Assembly (NCBI GenBank): GCA_023231475.1
Contig: JALJEE010001852.1
Location: 1-64,000, forward strand
Reading direction: 5' to 3'
Source: Seison nebaliae
Lineage: Eukaryota
DNA length: 64,000 bases
Position numbers and translations under genes: made by a program. This document shows positions 1-12,746 of the stretch, piece by piece. Numbering within the stretch: the first letter of the stretch is position 1; each line of letters opens with the position of its first letter. Under the pieces are notes generated by a model. The model had not been told where the DNA came from, searched no databases, and saw only the letters and a program-made list of their open reading frames with translations.

Positions 1-586
1 TCTTCTTCAATTCAATACCTCAATTCTTTCCACCCTCCCTTCCTGGAACCCTCTTCATTCGATTATAATGTTAACTCATATACATCTACAGTAACTCCGT
101 CATCTTCAAAAATTGAGAAATTATTGGAGGAAATTCTCCAAGCAAATATAAAAATGTTAAATTTGTTGGAGAATCGTGCGAATACGGAAACACAACAGAA
201 TAATAATGAGAATTCGAAGTTGGTATCTAATATCTTTATTGGTGTATTTCTTATATGGTGTATAATATGCTTTCCGATTGAGAATTCAAGAGTTGACTTC
301 GTTCTTTTTTTCGAAAGCAAGGTTGACTCGATTCTTTTTTCGTAAAAATTTTCCGTTCTGGAGCTAACTTTAGAGAAAAATAGGAAGCATATCTATTTTG
401 TCATGTCAACCAAATATAGCATTTTTAGCCGAAACTGTTATTTTCAGGTCAATTTATTCTCTATGTGAAACGATTATGATCATATATTAAACTTAAGGAG
501 AGAATTATTGGAATGTAATTGAAGGAAAAAAATTTAATCATAAAAAATTGAGATTTTCCAATTGATGATTGGAAGGTGCGAAGAAA

Positions 587-1799
587 TTAAATTTTCCGAA
601 ATCGAAAAGTTCGATAAAGAGAAACTAATTCCCAATCATCGGGAGAAATTGTAGCGGAATTTCTACCGTTCTGTTCCTCCATCGCTTTCATCCGACGAAG
701 TAGTCGCTTATGTCGTTGTTGATTCATGTAAACATGATCGATGGAGAGTTTACTTTTGATCAAGATCAATCCAAACGATTCTGCCACATCCACCAAAAAC
801 GGGAAATAACATAAATATTCGGGACAATTGACTAGATTGTTATGTAGACTAAACATAATTTCACTACCGATCAATGGTGGCGGTTCACCATTCCCACATT
901 TCCATTCGACGACTTTATTTTCTGAATTAATTTCAACCGGAAATTTCGTCTCGATATGAATAATTGGAGAAGTGTATGAAATCCTTCCGAATCGTTTTCC
1001 ATTTTCCATTGATATTATTGACTCAGTTATCGCCTTTCCTTTCCGTCCTAAAAGATTTCTTTAAGAAACAATTGAAACATTTTTGTAGATGAAGAAAATG
1101 AAAAAAAAACAAAATCATTTCAGCGTCAGCTGTTATTCCGAAAAAGATGCCATTCCTCTCTAATCTCATAGAAATATTCTTAAAAAATATGTGTAATTGT
1201 CTCTCACTTTCAAACACGTAATGAAGAACAAATTGACAGGAGATTAAATTAAATGTTTTTTCTCCACAAGTAGAAAGGAAATCATTCTAAAATTCTTTAT
1301 AAATTTCTTTAAGAATAATCAGTAAAACTTGACTCACATTACTCACATCGAAATGAAAGTTCTTGTGATTAATGTCTAATGATTCGACGCGAGAACGACA
1401 AATGTTGATTGAAGATTCACATAAATCTGTTCATTCATTATTCATATCATCAATCTAAGGGTGGAATTTAATGGAATCATTTTAAGGAAATGTACCTGAG
1501 CACGTGATTTCTTTGATAATCGAATGATTCTTGTATTTGAGTAAATCGCCTCCCTTCCCACAACCAACATCCAAAAGTCGGACGTTCTCGGAGTTAGCAT
1601 AAAACTCACATAGACTCTCATCTATAGAAATTTAAATGAAAATTACCTAATTTAATTTGAAGCACAAACTGATCAACGTGGCTTTGATCCAATTATTCAG
1701 ATTTCTCCCGTAGAACAATCGACTAACATTCCTCTCATCTAAATCATTCTCGGCAACCCGCGAATAACTTTCAATGATCCTCTCACTATTCTCCGACAT
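587..1799 (-). CDS. RNMT: mRNA cap guanine-N7 methyltransferase, 5 exons
   Basis: Spliced translation gives RNLNNWIKATLI, LDVGCGKGGDLLKY, LISCQFVLHYVFESE and CPEYL, all RNMT/Abd1 motifs. Introns: 1622-1669 (GTTTGT), 1427-1495 (GTACAT), one ending near 1287 with an ambiguous donor, and 1059-1110 (GTTTTT). Confidence 0.9.
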
Positions 1800-1979
1800 G
1801 TCCGGATGAATAGAACTAACATTTCAAATACGAAATTTCCTTCAAATTCCTTATCATTTAATTCGGAAAGAATTACCCTCTCAATATGAAGCTTCGCTGA
1901 GCCGCAATTGGTTGATATGTCTTATGAAATTAAATCGATTTATTTCCAATTCTAAATCGAAACTGAAAAATTCTTTAAA

Positions 1980-3600
1980 ATGTTTTTCCTTTTCATTTTT
2001 GCATTTCTCGTTGGCGCGTCCGGTTATTCCGTTTATCAAATTCGGAAAATTAGTAAATCATTCGAAACGAATAATCAGAAAGGCTTCAACAATCTTCGTC
2101 AGAATCAGATGAATAAATTAAAGCAGTTAGTGAATAATCGAAAACAATTCACTCGACCGACGATCAGGGAACAACCAGTCAATTCTGTGACAACTAAAGA
2201 TACGAATCGATTTGTTGCAGCTAAACAAATTGGCTTTGATGAGATTAAAGAATTGAACATCAAAAAACATTTTCCATTGAGTCAAAATCGTACAATGGAC
2301 AATCGGTTTACTAATGCCGCTTTCCCCAAATATGTTCCGTCTAATTCTGACTCGATTATATCGAAATCTCTCAATAAATTAGCTTCCGTCATTTTGGATC
2401 AACCGCCGAACATCAATCAAAATAATTCGGAAGATTTTGATGAGAATGTTTAGATTTTTTCTATTATGATTATTTATTATTATATATTAATTATTTTAAT
2501 TTATTTCATTATCATATTCAAATGTCATTTAGACGAAAGAAGGCTATTTCAGGAAATTAGCAGCCGTTGATCCATGGTATGCTCGAAAGAAATTCCAGGA
2601 ATTGATACAACATGATAATGAAAACTTTCCCAATTTAGACTTGGATTTCATCAAACGAACATTTAGTCAAATGGCGAATAATATACGTGGATATATTGAA
2701 CAAATAACAAATAATCATCCACCACAACAAGAAGATATGGAAGCAAGAGTGATTTCATATGAACCGGAAAAACTGAAAATTGTCAATGATAAATTAAATC
2801 TCATTTCTCCATTCAACAACAACAATAATCGTTATCAAAACACGATGATAGAGGATACGTGGACGAGTTATTTGGGAGAAATGAGAAAATGTCGAAGTCT
2901 CAATTTGGAGAATCGGAAAGAAGGAATGAAAAAGAAACGTTACCGTCGACGACGACGACAACGACCAACAATCACAATGAGTTTTCCCAATTATCATTTT
3001 AAAATGAAGAGTCCGGAGAAGAGAAGTTTAGTGGGGACGGAAGATGATGATGTTGATTCATTCGAAGTGTTGACAAGTGATTCTGATGGTGTGATCGGTC
3101 GAACTGATGGAATTACTTTTCGAACATTCAATCCGATTGTTACTAATCCACAAATCATTCCACCACCATACAATGACACACAATCATTCAAGCGGATTGT
3201 TTTTAATAATAATTTATTATCTTATCACTTGCCACCGAAACTCCCCAATGCTATTGGTCATCAGACGACAAAGAAGAAATGGAAGAAAATTAATGATGAT
3301 GATACAATCACAAGTTTTCCGATAGAAATTGAATTTAATGGAGACTCATCAAATCGGCAATCTGACAATCAATCGGAGAATACATCTCAATTCAAATATA
3401 TCGATAATGATACAGAACCATTATACAAATTCGTATATAATCAAATCACCGAGAGCGTTCAACAATTCAAAAGGAATTTTGATGAACAATTTAACCGTTG
3501 TGCGAAAAGTGACGAGAAATCATACAAACATCTCATCGCTCAACTACAACCGATTCCTCAATACAATCCAATTAATACTTCCAACTCACCTCGTTTATAA
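1980..3600 (+). CDS. Uncharacterised protein with N-terminal hydrophobic segment; 3' end uncertain (may continue to about 4108)
   Basis: ORFs 1980-2453 and 2602-3600 join in frame through an 85 nt intron at 2448-2532 (GTTTAG...TTTAG, phase 0). No family recognised. Confidence 0.55.
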
Positions 3601-4425
3601 GAGAAGTCAAATGTTCAAATCATTCACATTCTTCATTCAAATCATTCCTAACAATTTCGCAGTATTTCCAAAATTCGCATTTCATCCAATTACTCATACA
3701 ATATTATTACACTGATCCCATAAATACAAGTGAAGAAGCGACAAAAGAAGAACGTGTAGAAGATTTTTGTATTTTCCATTCGCATATATCACAATAATTA
3801 TGTGTTTCCCTTCGTTCACTTCAAATATCCTTTCAAGATTAAGAAGAAAATTGAGAGGAAAGAAAGCCAAGTCCGAAAGTCAACCTTTCCAGATCAGTTA
3901 TAAATGCCAATATATCAATAAAGAAGAGAGATTAGAAAGAAAACGATATGACGACAGTTCGTCGTCGAGTAAAATTTCGGTCGATTCAATAAATTCTCAA
4001 CTTGTTCGAGCTCGTCGTGCCATATACAATGATGATATGAGGTCGCTCAAATCTATCGTTATGTCGTCGGAACAAAGAACCAATTCCACAATAATGCTAA
4101 CGAACTAATGACATGAATAATGCACTCTCATATTTATTTTACTCTAATAAAATCGTTATATTCTTCTCTACTTTTCTTCGAATTGGATAAAGTTCTTCCC
4201 TTTTTTTTTCTTCTCAACAAAATGAATAAAATTATGTAATAAAAAGTATGATAATTAAAATGAGACATTTCTTTCCAAAATCATATCAGACGAGAATGTC
4301 AATACAGAAATGAATGAAAGAAAGAAATTCAATATATTTAATCATCTGCATTTTCTATAAATTTATTTTAAACTAATTTATTAAATTGAAGTAAAAGAAG
4401 AAAAAATAGTTTAATTTAATTAAAA

Positions 4426-4585
4426 TTGGGATTTGCGCGTACGCAATCCCGGTCTATCATAAATTATGCGCCCGAGTACTTCACTTGAAGCATCGCGAAC
4501 ATTACCTCATCGAAGTGCAATGAATGAAGCTCCGCTCGGGAGATTCTCATCCATGATCGAGAAGTCTTCGGCGCCAGGTTAGTAT
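4426..4585 (-). ncRNA. U1: U1 spliceosomal snRNA with variant 5' arm (AUACUAACCUGG)
   Basis: The reverse complement shows the 5' arm ATACTAACCTGG, stem-loop I with loop GATCATGGAT, the loop II U1A site ATTGCACTTC, the Sm site ATAATTTATG and terminal hairpin GGGATTGCGTACGCGCAAATCCC. Length is about 160 nt and the element order is that of U1. Confidence 0.95.
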
Positions 4586-6417
4586 GAATTGTTAGGGATT
4601 GGTCATCCGGTTTTATCAAATTTGTCCTGCTTAATGTTATAGATATTGGACGAGAAGAATTTTCCTTCGAATTGTGCGAGTTAAAGGAGAGAATGAATGA
4701 GAGAGAGATTTTGGAGAGTCGATAGAAATTGGAGAAAACTTCAAAATGTTAGCTGATTTTCATATTAACAAGATTGATAAGAATACGTAATAAATGGTGT
4801 TGGTAACTGGAATGAGTTTGATTCTTGTCAATGACATCATCAATTGTGGAGAGAAGAGGGATGGTTTCATTTTAATTGGAAGGGAACGAATATTTCTCGT
4901 AATTGAAGAGAGTTATTTTCTTCTTTCATGAATGCTTGTAATGTTAGGATAAGTTGCTCAATTCGATTCTGCATTTCAATTAATATGAATAATTGTCTAA
5001 TAGAAGTTTAATTTTCATAATTCATTTATTCATGTTGGAAGTGTTTGGTTGGGAAGATGATGATTGGAAGGAGTAAAAGAAAATTTGTTGATTCTCTCAC
5101 ATTTCATCGAGGAATGTTTGATTATCCGAAATCGACTAGAAATTGTATTTATTGAAGGTCATTCTCCACTTAATTATGATAGTCATCCTGGAAGGAAATG
5201 ACGGAGCTGATGAAATTTCATATTCCTTTTTCGTTTTTTTTTTCGTCACTGCCTCCCAGTTAACGAGTGAGGGAGGAGAGATGAATGGATGGATGGATGT
5301 GAAACGACTTGCATCTTATTATTACAAGCAATCGACGAATATGTAAAATTCACATGGAAATACATGTGAATGTCCCTTCTTGGAAAGGAAGTAGAAATCA
5401 AGGAAGAATTCCTGCAAAATATCATCGAATTGTTTAATGGAAATTGAATATGGAAATTACATATAGATTGCTTCTACTCTTTACATTCGGCGGGATGGTG
5501 TGCTGTTGCTCATTGTCACTTCATTCTCATTGCATATCCAACTGGTAAGACATGTGGTGATGGAAGCTGCAGGCGAGATAAGAAATATTATTCCTTTTTC
5601 CAAATCGAATATCTTTTCCTCTCCTCCCCAAAATAAGAAGTATGAACAACTTCTTATAAATACTCTCTCATCTACTACTCAATTTACATTTTTTTTATAG
5701 TTTTATCTCATTTCTAAACAATGAGTAAAAATGGAAAATTTATTTCTTATCTATTTCTTCTTTTGCTTCCGATAGATTTAACTTTCTCTTCTTTTGTCAC
5801 CTACCACCTCCACCAATTCTACCATCAACAAACTTTTTCGATCCCATCTGGAAATAATCGCTGGAAGAAGATTCGTCCTCGTCGCATTTGGTGGGCCGAA
5901 ATACCTTGATATTATCGTCTTTCTCTCTCTCTCTCTCTCAATACATTTGTCTACTCAGAACGGATATTTGACAATCAATAGAAGAAGGTTATACTTTTGC
6001 GCCTCATAAATGAACCGCCTAATGGATCGTTTTCATCTATTTCCATTTCTTATTCATCGTGGCGGCTATTCGGAGTTGTCTGTCAGTGCACATTCCTGCT
6101 GAATTTTCACATTACTTTCATGTAATATGAAGTAAGGATAATTCTCTATTGATTTGGGAAGGATAATTTATTTAAATTCTTATTCTCGATACTTTACAGG
6201 ATGATTGTTGAAAAAATATTTTTTTAATTTTTTTTCGATTTTTCTAAGTATTCCTTATTTGAGGTTTTCGAGATTTGTGGATATAGGGAAATGAGAGTTG
6301 CACCTTCGCTATTAGGAAGAAATGGGATTAGAAAAGAAATTTGATTTGTTGAAGATTAAGAATTAATCGAAAATTTTCTTCTCTTCTCTTTCTTTTATGT
6401 TCAATTTGGTATTCGCC

Positions 6418-6420
<3 letters not shown>

Positions 6421-6456
<36 letters not shown>

Positions 6457-6463
6457 CACACAC
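6421..6463. repeat. (CA)n microsatellite
   Basis: Directly visible; similar CA/TA tracts lie at about 17504-17540 and 32413-32470. Confidence 0.95.
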
Positions 6464-6743
6464 ATCACCACAATAATTCAACGCAATATGACGACGATGA
6501 ATCGGTACATCAATATGAAATGGTTGATGATGCATGACCATTGCGATGAATTGAACAATATTTTATTTTATTACGTTCCACTCTCTATCGACAAATCGAT
6601 CGAATTCTCTTCGATATCTTCATTGCACTGCACTTGTGGAATAACATGACTTAATCTGGGACGGTTAAAATTCGAATGAAATTTTGCCTTCACATACGCG
6701 ATGATAAACCATCTGGATGGTGAATGATGCTCTCGAATGTGAA

Positions 6744-7333
6744 TGACGTCATCAATATTTATTATTTGCGTCATATTCACTTGTATACGACGCTCTTATC
6801 TGATCTGGTCGATTTAAATTTCGTCACTTTAAATTGAAAATTAAATTTCTGTTTTCATCCTTCGTACTACATCATTTATATCGACAATCTTCGACCCGAT
6901 TCAATAACATTCTTCGGTGACGTTTACTTTGTCTCTCGTCGCTTATAAATCCCCATCCACCTCCACTACTTAACCATAACAACAACAACAACAACAATAA
7001 CAATAACATCGTCATCAAAAATCTATTATTCCGTTCGTCACCCAATTTTGTTATTGGGACGGAATTTATATATGTGTGATCGATTGATATCTGGAAACGG
7101 ATATTGATAAAACGAAACCGTTTAATTCGATACGCGAAAATATTTTGGGGGACGATTGTTTTGTGGGGAAATATCTGTTTGGTGTGGTGATATAAAATAA
7201 AACTGGGAAAATCAATTCGTCAACACGTTTTGTTAAACCTTCTTCAATATTTATATTAAATCAATCGATGACGTCGCCATGGCGTCATATGTAACTGCGT
7301 CATCATACCCTGATGGGACTGATGATGGCGTCA
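6744..7333 (+). promoter_or_regulatory. Cluster of CRE sites and a TATA-like box at the 5' end of the CREB-like gene
   Basis: Full TGACGTCA at 6744-6751, ten TGACG/CGTCA half-sites up to 7333, and TATAAAT at 6944-6950. Function is inferred. Confidence 0.45.
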
Positions 7334-8514
7334 TTCATCGCAATGATGGCGTTGTCAATGATGATGATGATAAAAATGAAACGAATGAAATCGAAATAAA
7401 TGATGATTCCTCGAATTATTTGTTGGGGGATCATGATGGAATGGGAATCATCGATAATTATGGAAATGATGATGCTCATAAAAATAATTTCCCGAATGAT
7501 GATAATGCTGATGATGATGTTTGCATGGAACGTTCACAAATTCATATGAATGATGAACAACATCCATCTTCATCATCATCATCATCTAATTCGACATCCT
7601 CCTCTGACTTATCATTGTCTTCGATCAATTCCACCATCATTCCATCCACCACAACCACAAATCCTATTTATACTGATTCATTTAAAACGACTGATTCTAA
7701 TGACACTCTATTCACCAATTGTAACACGACCACCTCAACTGCTATCTCTACTCCTCTCACAACCATTTCAACAAAAACGACGGTGATATCTTCTCCATTA
7801 CATAACATCTTGTCATCTGGTCGTCCAACGAACTTGACATTAAATTCACTTTTATTATCTCCTGTTAAATCGTTGACTGGTACGACAACGATAACTACGA
7901 CCATTATCTCTCCACTCGTCTCTACCACACTCATCACGTCGTCCATTCCATCCAAATTTGCCTTACTGGAACCGTTGTCCGTTCAAAATGTGCAGGGCAC
8001 ATCCGACAATTTTCTTCCTTCGAAATTTTCGACAAAACGACAACGACTTTCTCGTTATTTAAATCGGATCGATTATCAGAATTCAATTCTTCCCGAACAA
8101 TCTCTTGAGGATAATCAGAATCATCTGAATAATCATTTGACTGATTCAACTTTCGACTCACTCGTTGATCATTCCGAATATTCGAATCATAATTATCAAT
8201 CAGTCTCGTCGTCACTTTTACCATCAATTCCGATTGAACAATCTTCTCCATTGCCAGCATCGGTCGAGACATTTTGTACTTTACAATTACCTGGAATTAA
8301 GACATTGATCGATAATCAACATAACTCGTCCGTTAGCACCACCACCACAACTAACAACCATACACATCATCAGGAGAATTATAAAGAGGAAGAAGATCAT
8401 CAATTAATCGATCGATCTTTATTATTAGAGAACAATCAGGAATTAAGTAAATTTTTACCGATCAATAAACAGAATTTGGAATATCATCAACTTCAAAATC
8501 ATAATCATCACAAT

Positions 8515-8545
<31 letters not shown>

Positions 8546-9324
8546 ATATTGGTTTGGATAAAGTTGAAAGTGAATTAAATGTAGTTTCACATCCAACTCA
8601 TCAACAATCGGCTCATTCGAATTTACAACTTTATATTCCGAATGATGCACAAATTTTAGCATCGAGCCAATCACCATATCGGCAGAATCATCTTTCAAAT
8701 CAACCAAATTTCTATCTTCATAACGATACATTAATCGATTGTCCATCAATTGAAATTTTTCAAGCGGCGAACAATTCCCTCGATCACTATCCACAACAAC
8801 CACATCATCATCATCACCACCATCATCCCAATAATAATCATCATCAACAATTATTGACAGCTGATCAAGTTAATTCGATTAATTATCATAAAGAAGAATT
8901 GTCATTCTATTCAACATCACATCATCTTCATTCATCATTTGACGATTCAAGTGAATATCAATTGGATTCAAACGATCTTCATCATTCGTCTCAACAACAA
9001 CAATCACAAGATTCCATTAATCAAGATCAGCAACAACAACAAAATATTCAATCAACATCATTATCCAATAACAACAACAACAATAATAATAATAATAACA
9101 ACAATCATAATAACGATAATTCCAATTTTCCAATTCCGCCATTTTCTTTTTTGGATCGTAATAACAATCAATCATCATCATCCACATCAATATTTATGCC
9201 AATTGATGAAACAATGGAATCGAGATTCGTAGACATCGATGTCCAAGATAATACTAATAAAATTTTCTTAAACGAACATTCCCAAATTTGTACAACTACC
9301 ACCAACACCAATAATAATAACAAC

Positions 9325-9355
<31 letters not shown>

Positions 9356-9837
9356 TGATTAAGAACAATTTATCAAATGATAATAATTCTCTCCATCATA
9401 AATTATCACATTCTCTTTTCAACAACACGAATAACAACAGTTTATTCTATTCCTCTCCTCTCCAACTACCATTTCCATCTTCAGATCGTCGAATGAGTTT
9501 TCTGGCGAAGAACGAATCTCTCTCCAAAACAGACGTTGGCAAACAAAAAATATCGAAAAAGAATCGACTTCCTGTTATTTCTTCTGAGAATAACGAAACA
9601 TTAAAGAAACAAGAGAGATTGAGGAAGAATCGGTTAGCAATTCATTTATTTTTCCTTTCTTCTAAATTTTATCTTTTCAGAGAGGCCGCAAAAACTTGTC
9701 GTCAGAAGAAGAAGATTTATATTAAGACGTTGGAGGAACGTATTCGCGAATTGGAAGAAAAGAACAAACGTCTCACCGCCACAATTTTTGAGTTGCAGAA
9801 TCAATTGGGCAATCCCAACATGGATATAGTGAATTGA
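7279..9837 (+). CDS. CREB/ATF1-family bZIP transcription factor with long low-complexity N-terminus
   Basis: Removing the 48 nt intron at 9633-9680 (GTTAGC...TTCAG) restores RLRKNREAAKTCRQKKKIYIKTLEERIRELEEKNKRL, which matches the CREB basic region and leucine zipper. RRMSF is a possible PKA site. Confidence 0.85.
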
Positions 9838-10550
9838 CCAATTCCTCTTCCAAACTCTCTCAACTAATTCCGCCGTTTTCCCATCAATTCGAATTCTATT
9901 AGAAAAAGATAATATTCCTCTGTGTGTGAATCTATACCTGTGATTTATTTCCTCTTTCATATACACATCCCTCTCCAACTTTCTATATTCTACTCGTTTT
10001 TTATAAACCATTTTTATTCCACAACCATTTCCTTCCGACAACTCCTTCTTGTCTTCTCTCCCAATCTCTTCAATAGAATTCATCAACAAATAAAGTGATA
10101 ACTATTTGTCAACTCCACAATTGTCTTTCCAGTCTTCTTTCACTTACTTCCCAAAACATATTCATCGAAGCTGTCCACTTAAATTTAGGCACCAAATCTG
10201 CACCAAATGTGCACCAACTGACCAATCATCACATTACATCCATCAGAAGTATAAAAAAAGAAATATAAATTCCACAAACAATCCCACATTATTTATTCTT
10301 CCTAAACATAAGTATTCGAATGAACAAGATAAATTAGAAGATTAATATTATATAATAATGAAATTTACAGAAAATTTTTTATTTACAAAATTAATAATAT
10401 CTGCTTATATTTCGAAAAAGAATTCTTTAGAGAGTCTTTCTAATTCTAATCTCTTCCACTCCACATCCACTTCTAACCAATATACATAATATATACAATA
10501 AGAAATAATAGTTTGTCTTCACTTCAGAAAGGAAAAATCTGTCATTTATC

Positions 10551-11221
10551 ATGGGCAAATTAGCAATGTATGGTACCGTCTATTTCGGTATGATCGCCTC
10601 CGTTTTCGGTTATATCGGTCTCTCCAATTTGTTCACTGGATATGGATTCCGTTTCAACGCCACTTGGCTTCTCGTAGGCGTCAATCCATATATGTGGGCG
10701 TCGTTAGGTGCCGGTTTATCTATAGCGCTTTCTGTCGTAGGTGCCGCCACTGGAATTTATATCATTGGTGCAAGTATAACCGGTGGGACGGTGATGGCAC
10801 CAGGCATTGGTACCAGAAATATGATAAGTATCATTTTCTGTGAGGCCGTCGCAATTTATGGAATAATAATGGCGATCGTCATCGAACAGATGATCGAACC
10901 ATTCGATTATGAAGGAGACGAAGTTCCACATATATTTTGTGAGCGATTTTAAAATGTTTCGTTTTCTAGGAAATCCTTCGGAAGAATGTGGCAGCTGGTT
11001 ATCGATTATTCGGTGCCGGTCTCACCGTCGGATTTGCAAATTTAATTAGTGGAATAGCAGTTGGTATTGTTGGATCAGCAACGGCATTGGCTGACGCACA
11101 GAACAAAACTTTATTTGTCAAAATGATAATTGTGGAAATTTTCGCGAATGTCATTGGAATATTTGGTGTGATCGTTTCCATTTTACAAGTAGCAGGCAGT
11201 AAAATGGGAAATAAACATTGA
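10551..11221 (+). CDS. ATP6V0B: V-ATPase 21 kDa proteolipid subunit c''
   Basis: Motifs [24 protein letters not shown] and [11 protein letters not shown]. The intron at 10923-10969 (GTTCCA...CTAG, phase 0) joins the two ORFs. Confidence 0.93.
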
Positions 11222-11587
11222 AAATACTTTTTTTTATTGTTTCAAGAAAGAAAACTTTTTCAAAAATTTTAGTCAATATTTATTATGAATTTTATTTCCT
11301 TACCAATTTGTATCATCTATTCATTCTCTTATTGAAAAGAAATTGTAAAATAATAAAATTTTCGTCAACATTCAATCTGATACGATATCCATCAGAAATA
11401 TTATAAATATTCTTTATTAGATTGACAATAATCGAAGAAGAAATTTATTAAGAAGAAATTACCATTAAAATAAAGAAGAATAAAAAGATGAGTTAAATTG
11501 TTAAGAAATGAAGGAATTGTTTAAAATAAGATAATCAATAAATTTTATGAAATAATAGGGCGACTGTTAGTCTTCCCTCCACCCCAA

Positions 11588-12099
11588 ATGTATCGACCAG
11601 ATGAACCAAACATTAACGTCCAATATGCACCACAACAACAAATTCTCTCCAACAGTTCAGTTAACACTGGAAGAGTTTCACCAGCATATCCACCAACTGC
11701 CGCACCATACGGTCGAACTGGAGGACCACCACCACCACTACCACCGCCATATAAGGATCATGCGGTAGTGATAATGGAACAACCGCAAGCATTTAACCGA
11801 AATTTCCAACCTCTCGAAGATTTGGGGTCTCAATCTATCAATTTAATTTGTCCAAATTGTCATAATCACATCAACACACAAATCGTCTCTCATCCAAATG
11901 TGACGACTTGGCTCGCTTGTTTCGTCTTGTTCCTTTGCGGGTCTCAAATTTTTCTTCTTTTCTTAATTCAATTTATTTAAATATCAAACGTTATAGATGT
12001 GTCTTTTGTGCATGTATACCATTCTGTCTTCCCGCTTGTAAAGAGGTGGAACATAATTGTCCTATCTGTCATATTACTATTGGTCGACATAAACCGTAA
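11588..12099 (+). CDS. LITAF-domain protein
   Basis: Pro-rich N-terminus with PPPY, then CPNC, a hydrophobic stretch, CIPFC and HNCPIC. Intron at 11941-11996 (GTCTCA). A possible upstream ATG exon at 11488 would use intron 11492-11558 (GTTAAA). Confidence 0.9.
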
Positions 12100-12746
12100 A
12101 TGGATGGTATTTTTAGTGGACGGGGAGGGGAGAGGGAGAACATTTCACCAAGTTTCACATTGTTTATTGTATCATCATTTGTTGTTGGGAAATGTGAAGG
12201 GAATTGCGTTACGATATTATCTTTTTTCTTTCTTTCCTTCCATAATAAATAGATCTACTGATGTTTCTTATAACTTTTCTTTTAAGATGAATATTGAGAG
12301 TTCAATTTGACATCTCATTCTTTGTTGGATTGAATGGGAGGAAAGTTTCTTCTTTCTGATGAAAATGTATATAGTTCACAATTAGGTTCCCTAAACGAAA
12401 AACAAGAAATTGCGTCACTTTAATTATCTTCAGTCATTAAAGAGATTAATCGTGTATGTAGTTGAGAGTGGTGGCAGCAACAATCCATAAAAGAGAGGAG
12501 TAATAATTTCGTAAAAAGAGTTTCTCTCGTGCTAGTTGAGTAATGTGTCCAAAGTTCTTTTATCTATCTCATCAAATACGACACTCTACTTCCCCTACTA
12601 TGTACACATAATGCATAATCGTATACATTTAAATTCACATAAAGAATCCTTAAACAAAAATTCATTCAATTAAAATTTCAACCGATTCATCTCTCCCTCT
12701 TTCAAGTCCCAGTCAGTTTCGCGGAAAAATCGACTAAAATTCTCCA

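Noticed and set aside
63..345. Short ORFs at the window start
   Set aside because: No motif recognised and the upstream context is truncated.
4700..6120. Slightly GC-richer islands that might be exons of a minus-strand gene
   Set aside because: I could not assemble a consistent exon chain or recognise a protein family.
7550..9368. Antisense and alternate-frame ORFs with poly-V/L tracts, also seen over the importin, GAS8 and Trio genes
   Set aside because: Shadow frames generated by trinucleotide repeats and codon bias in the real genes.
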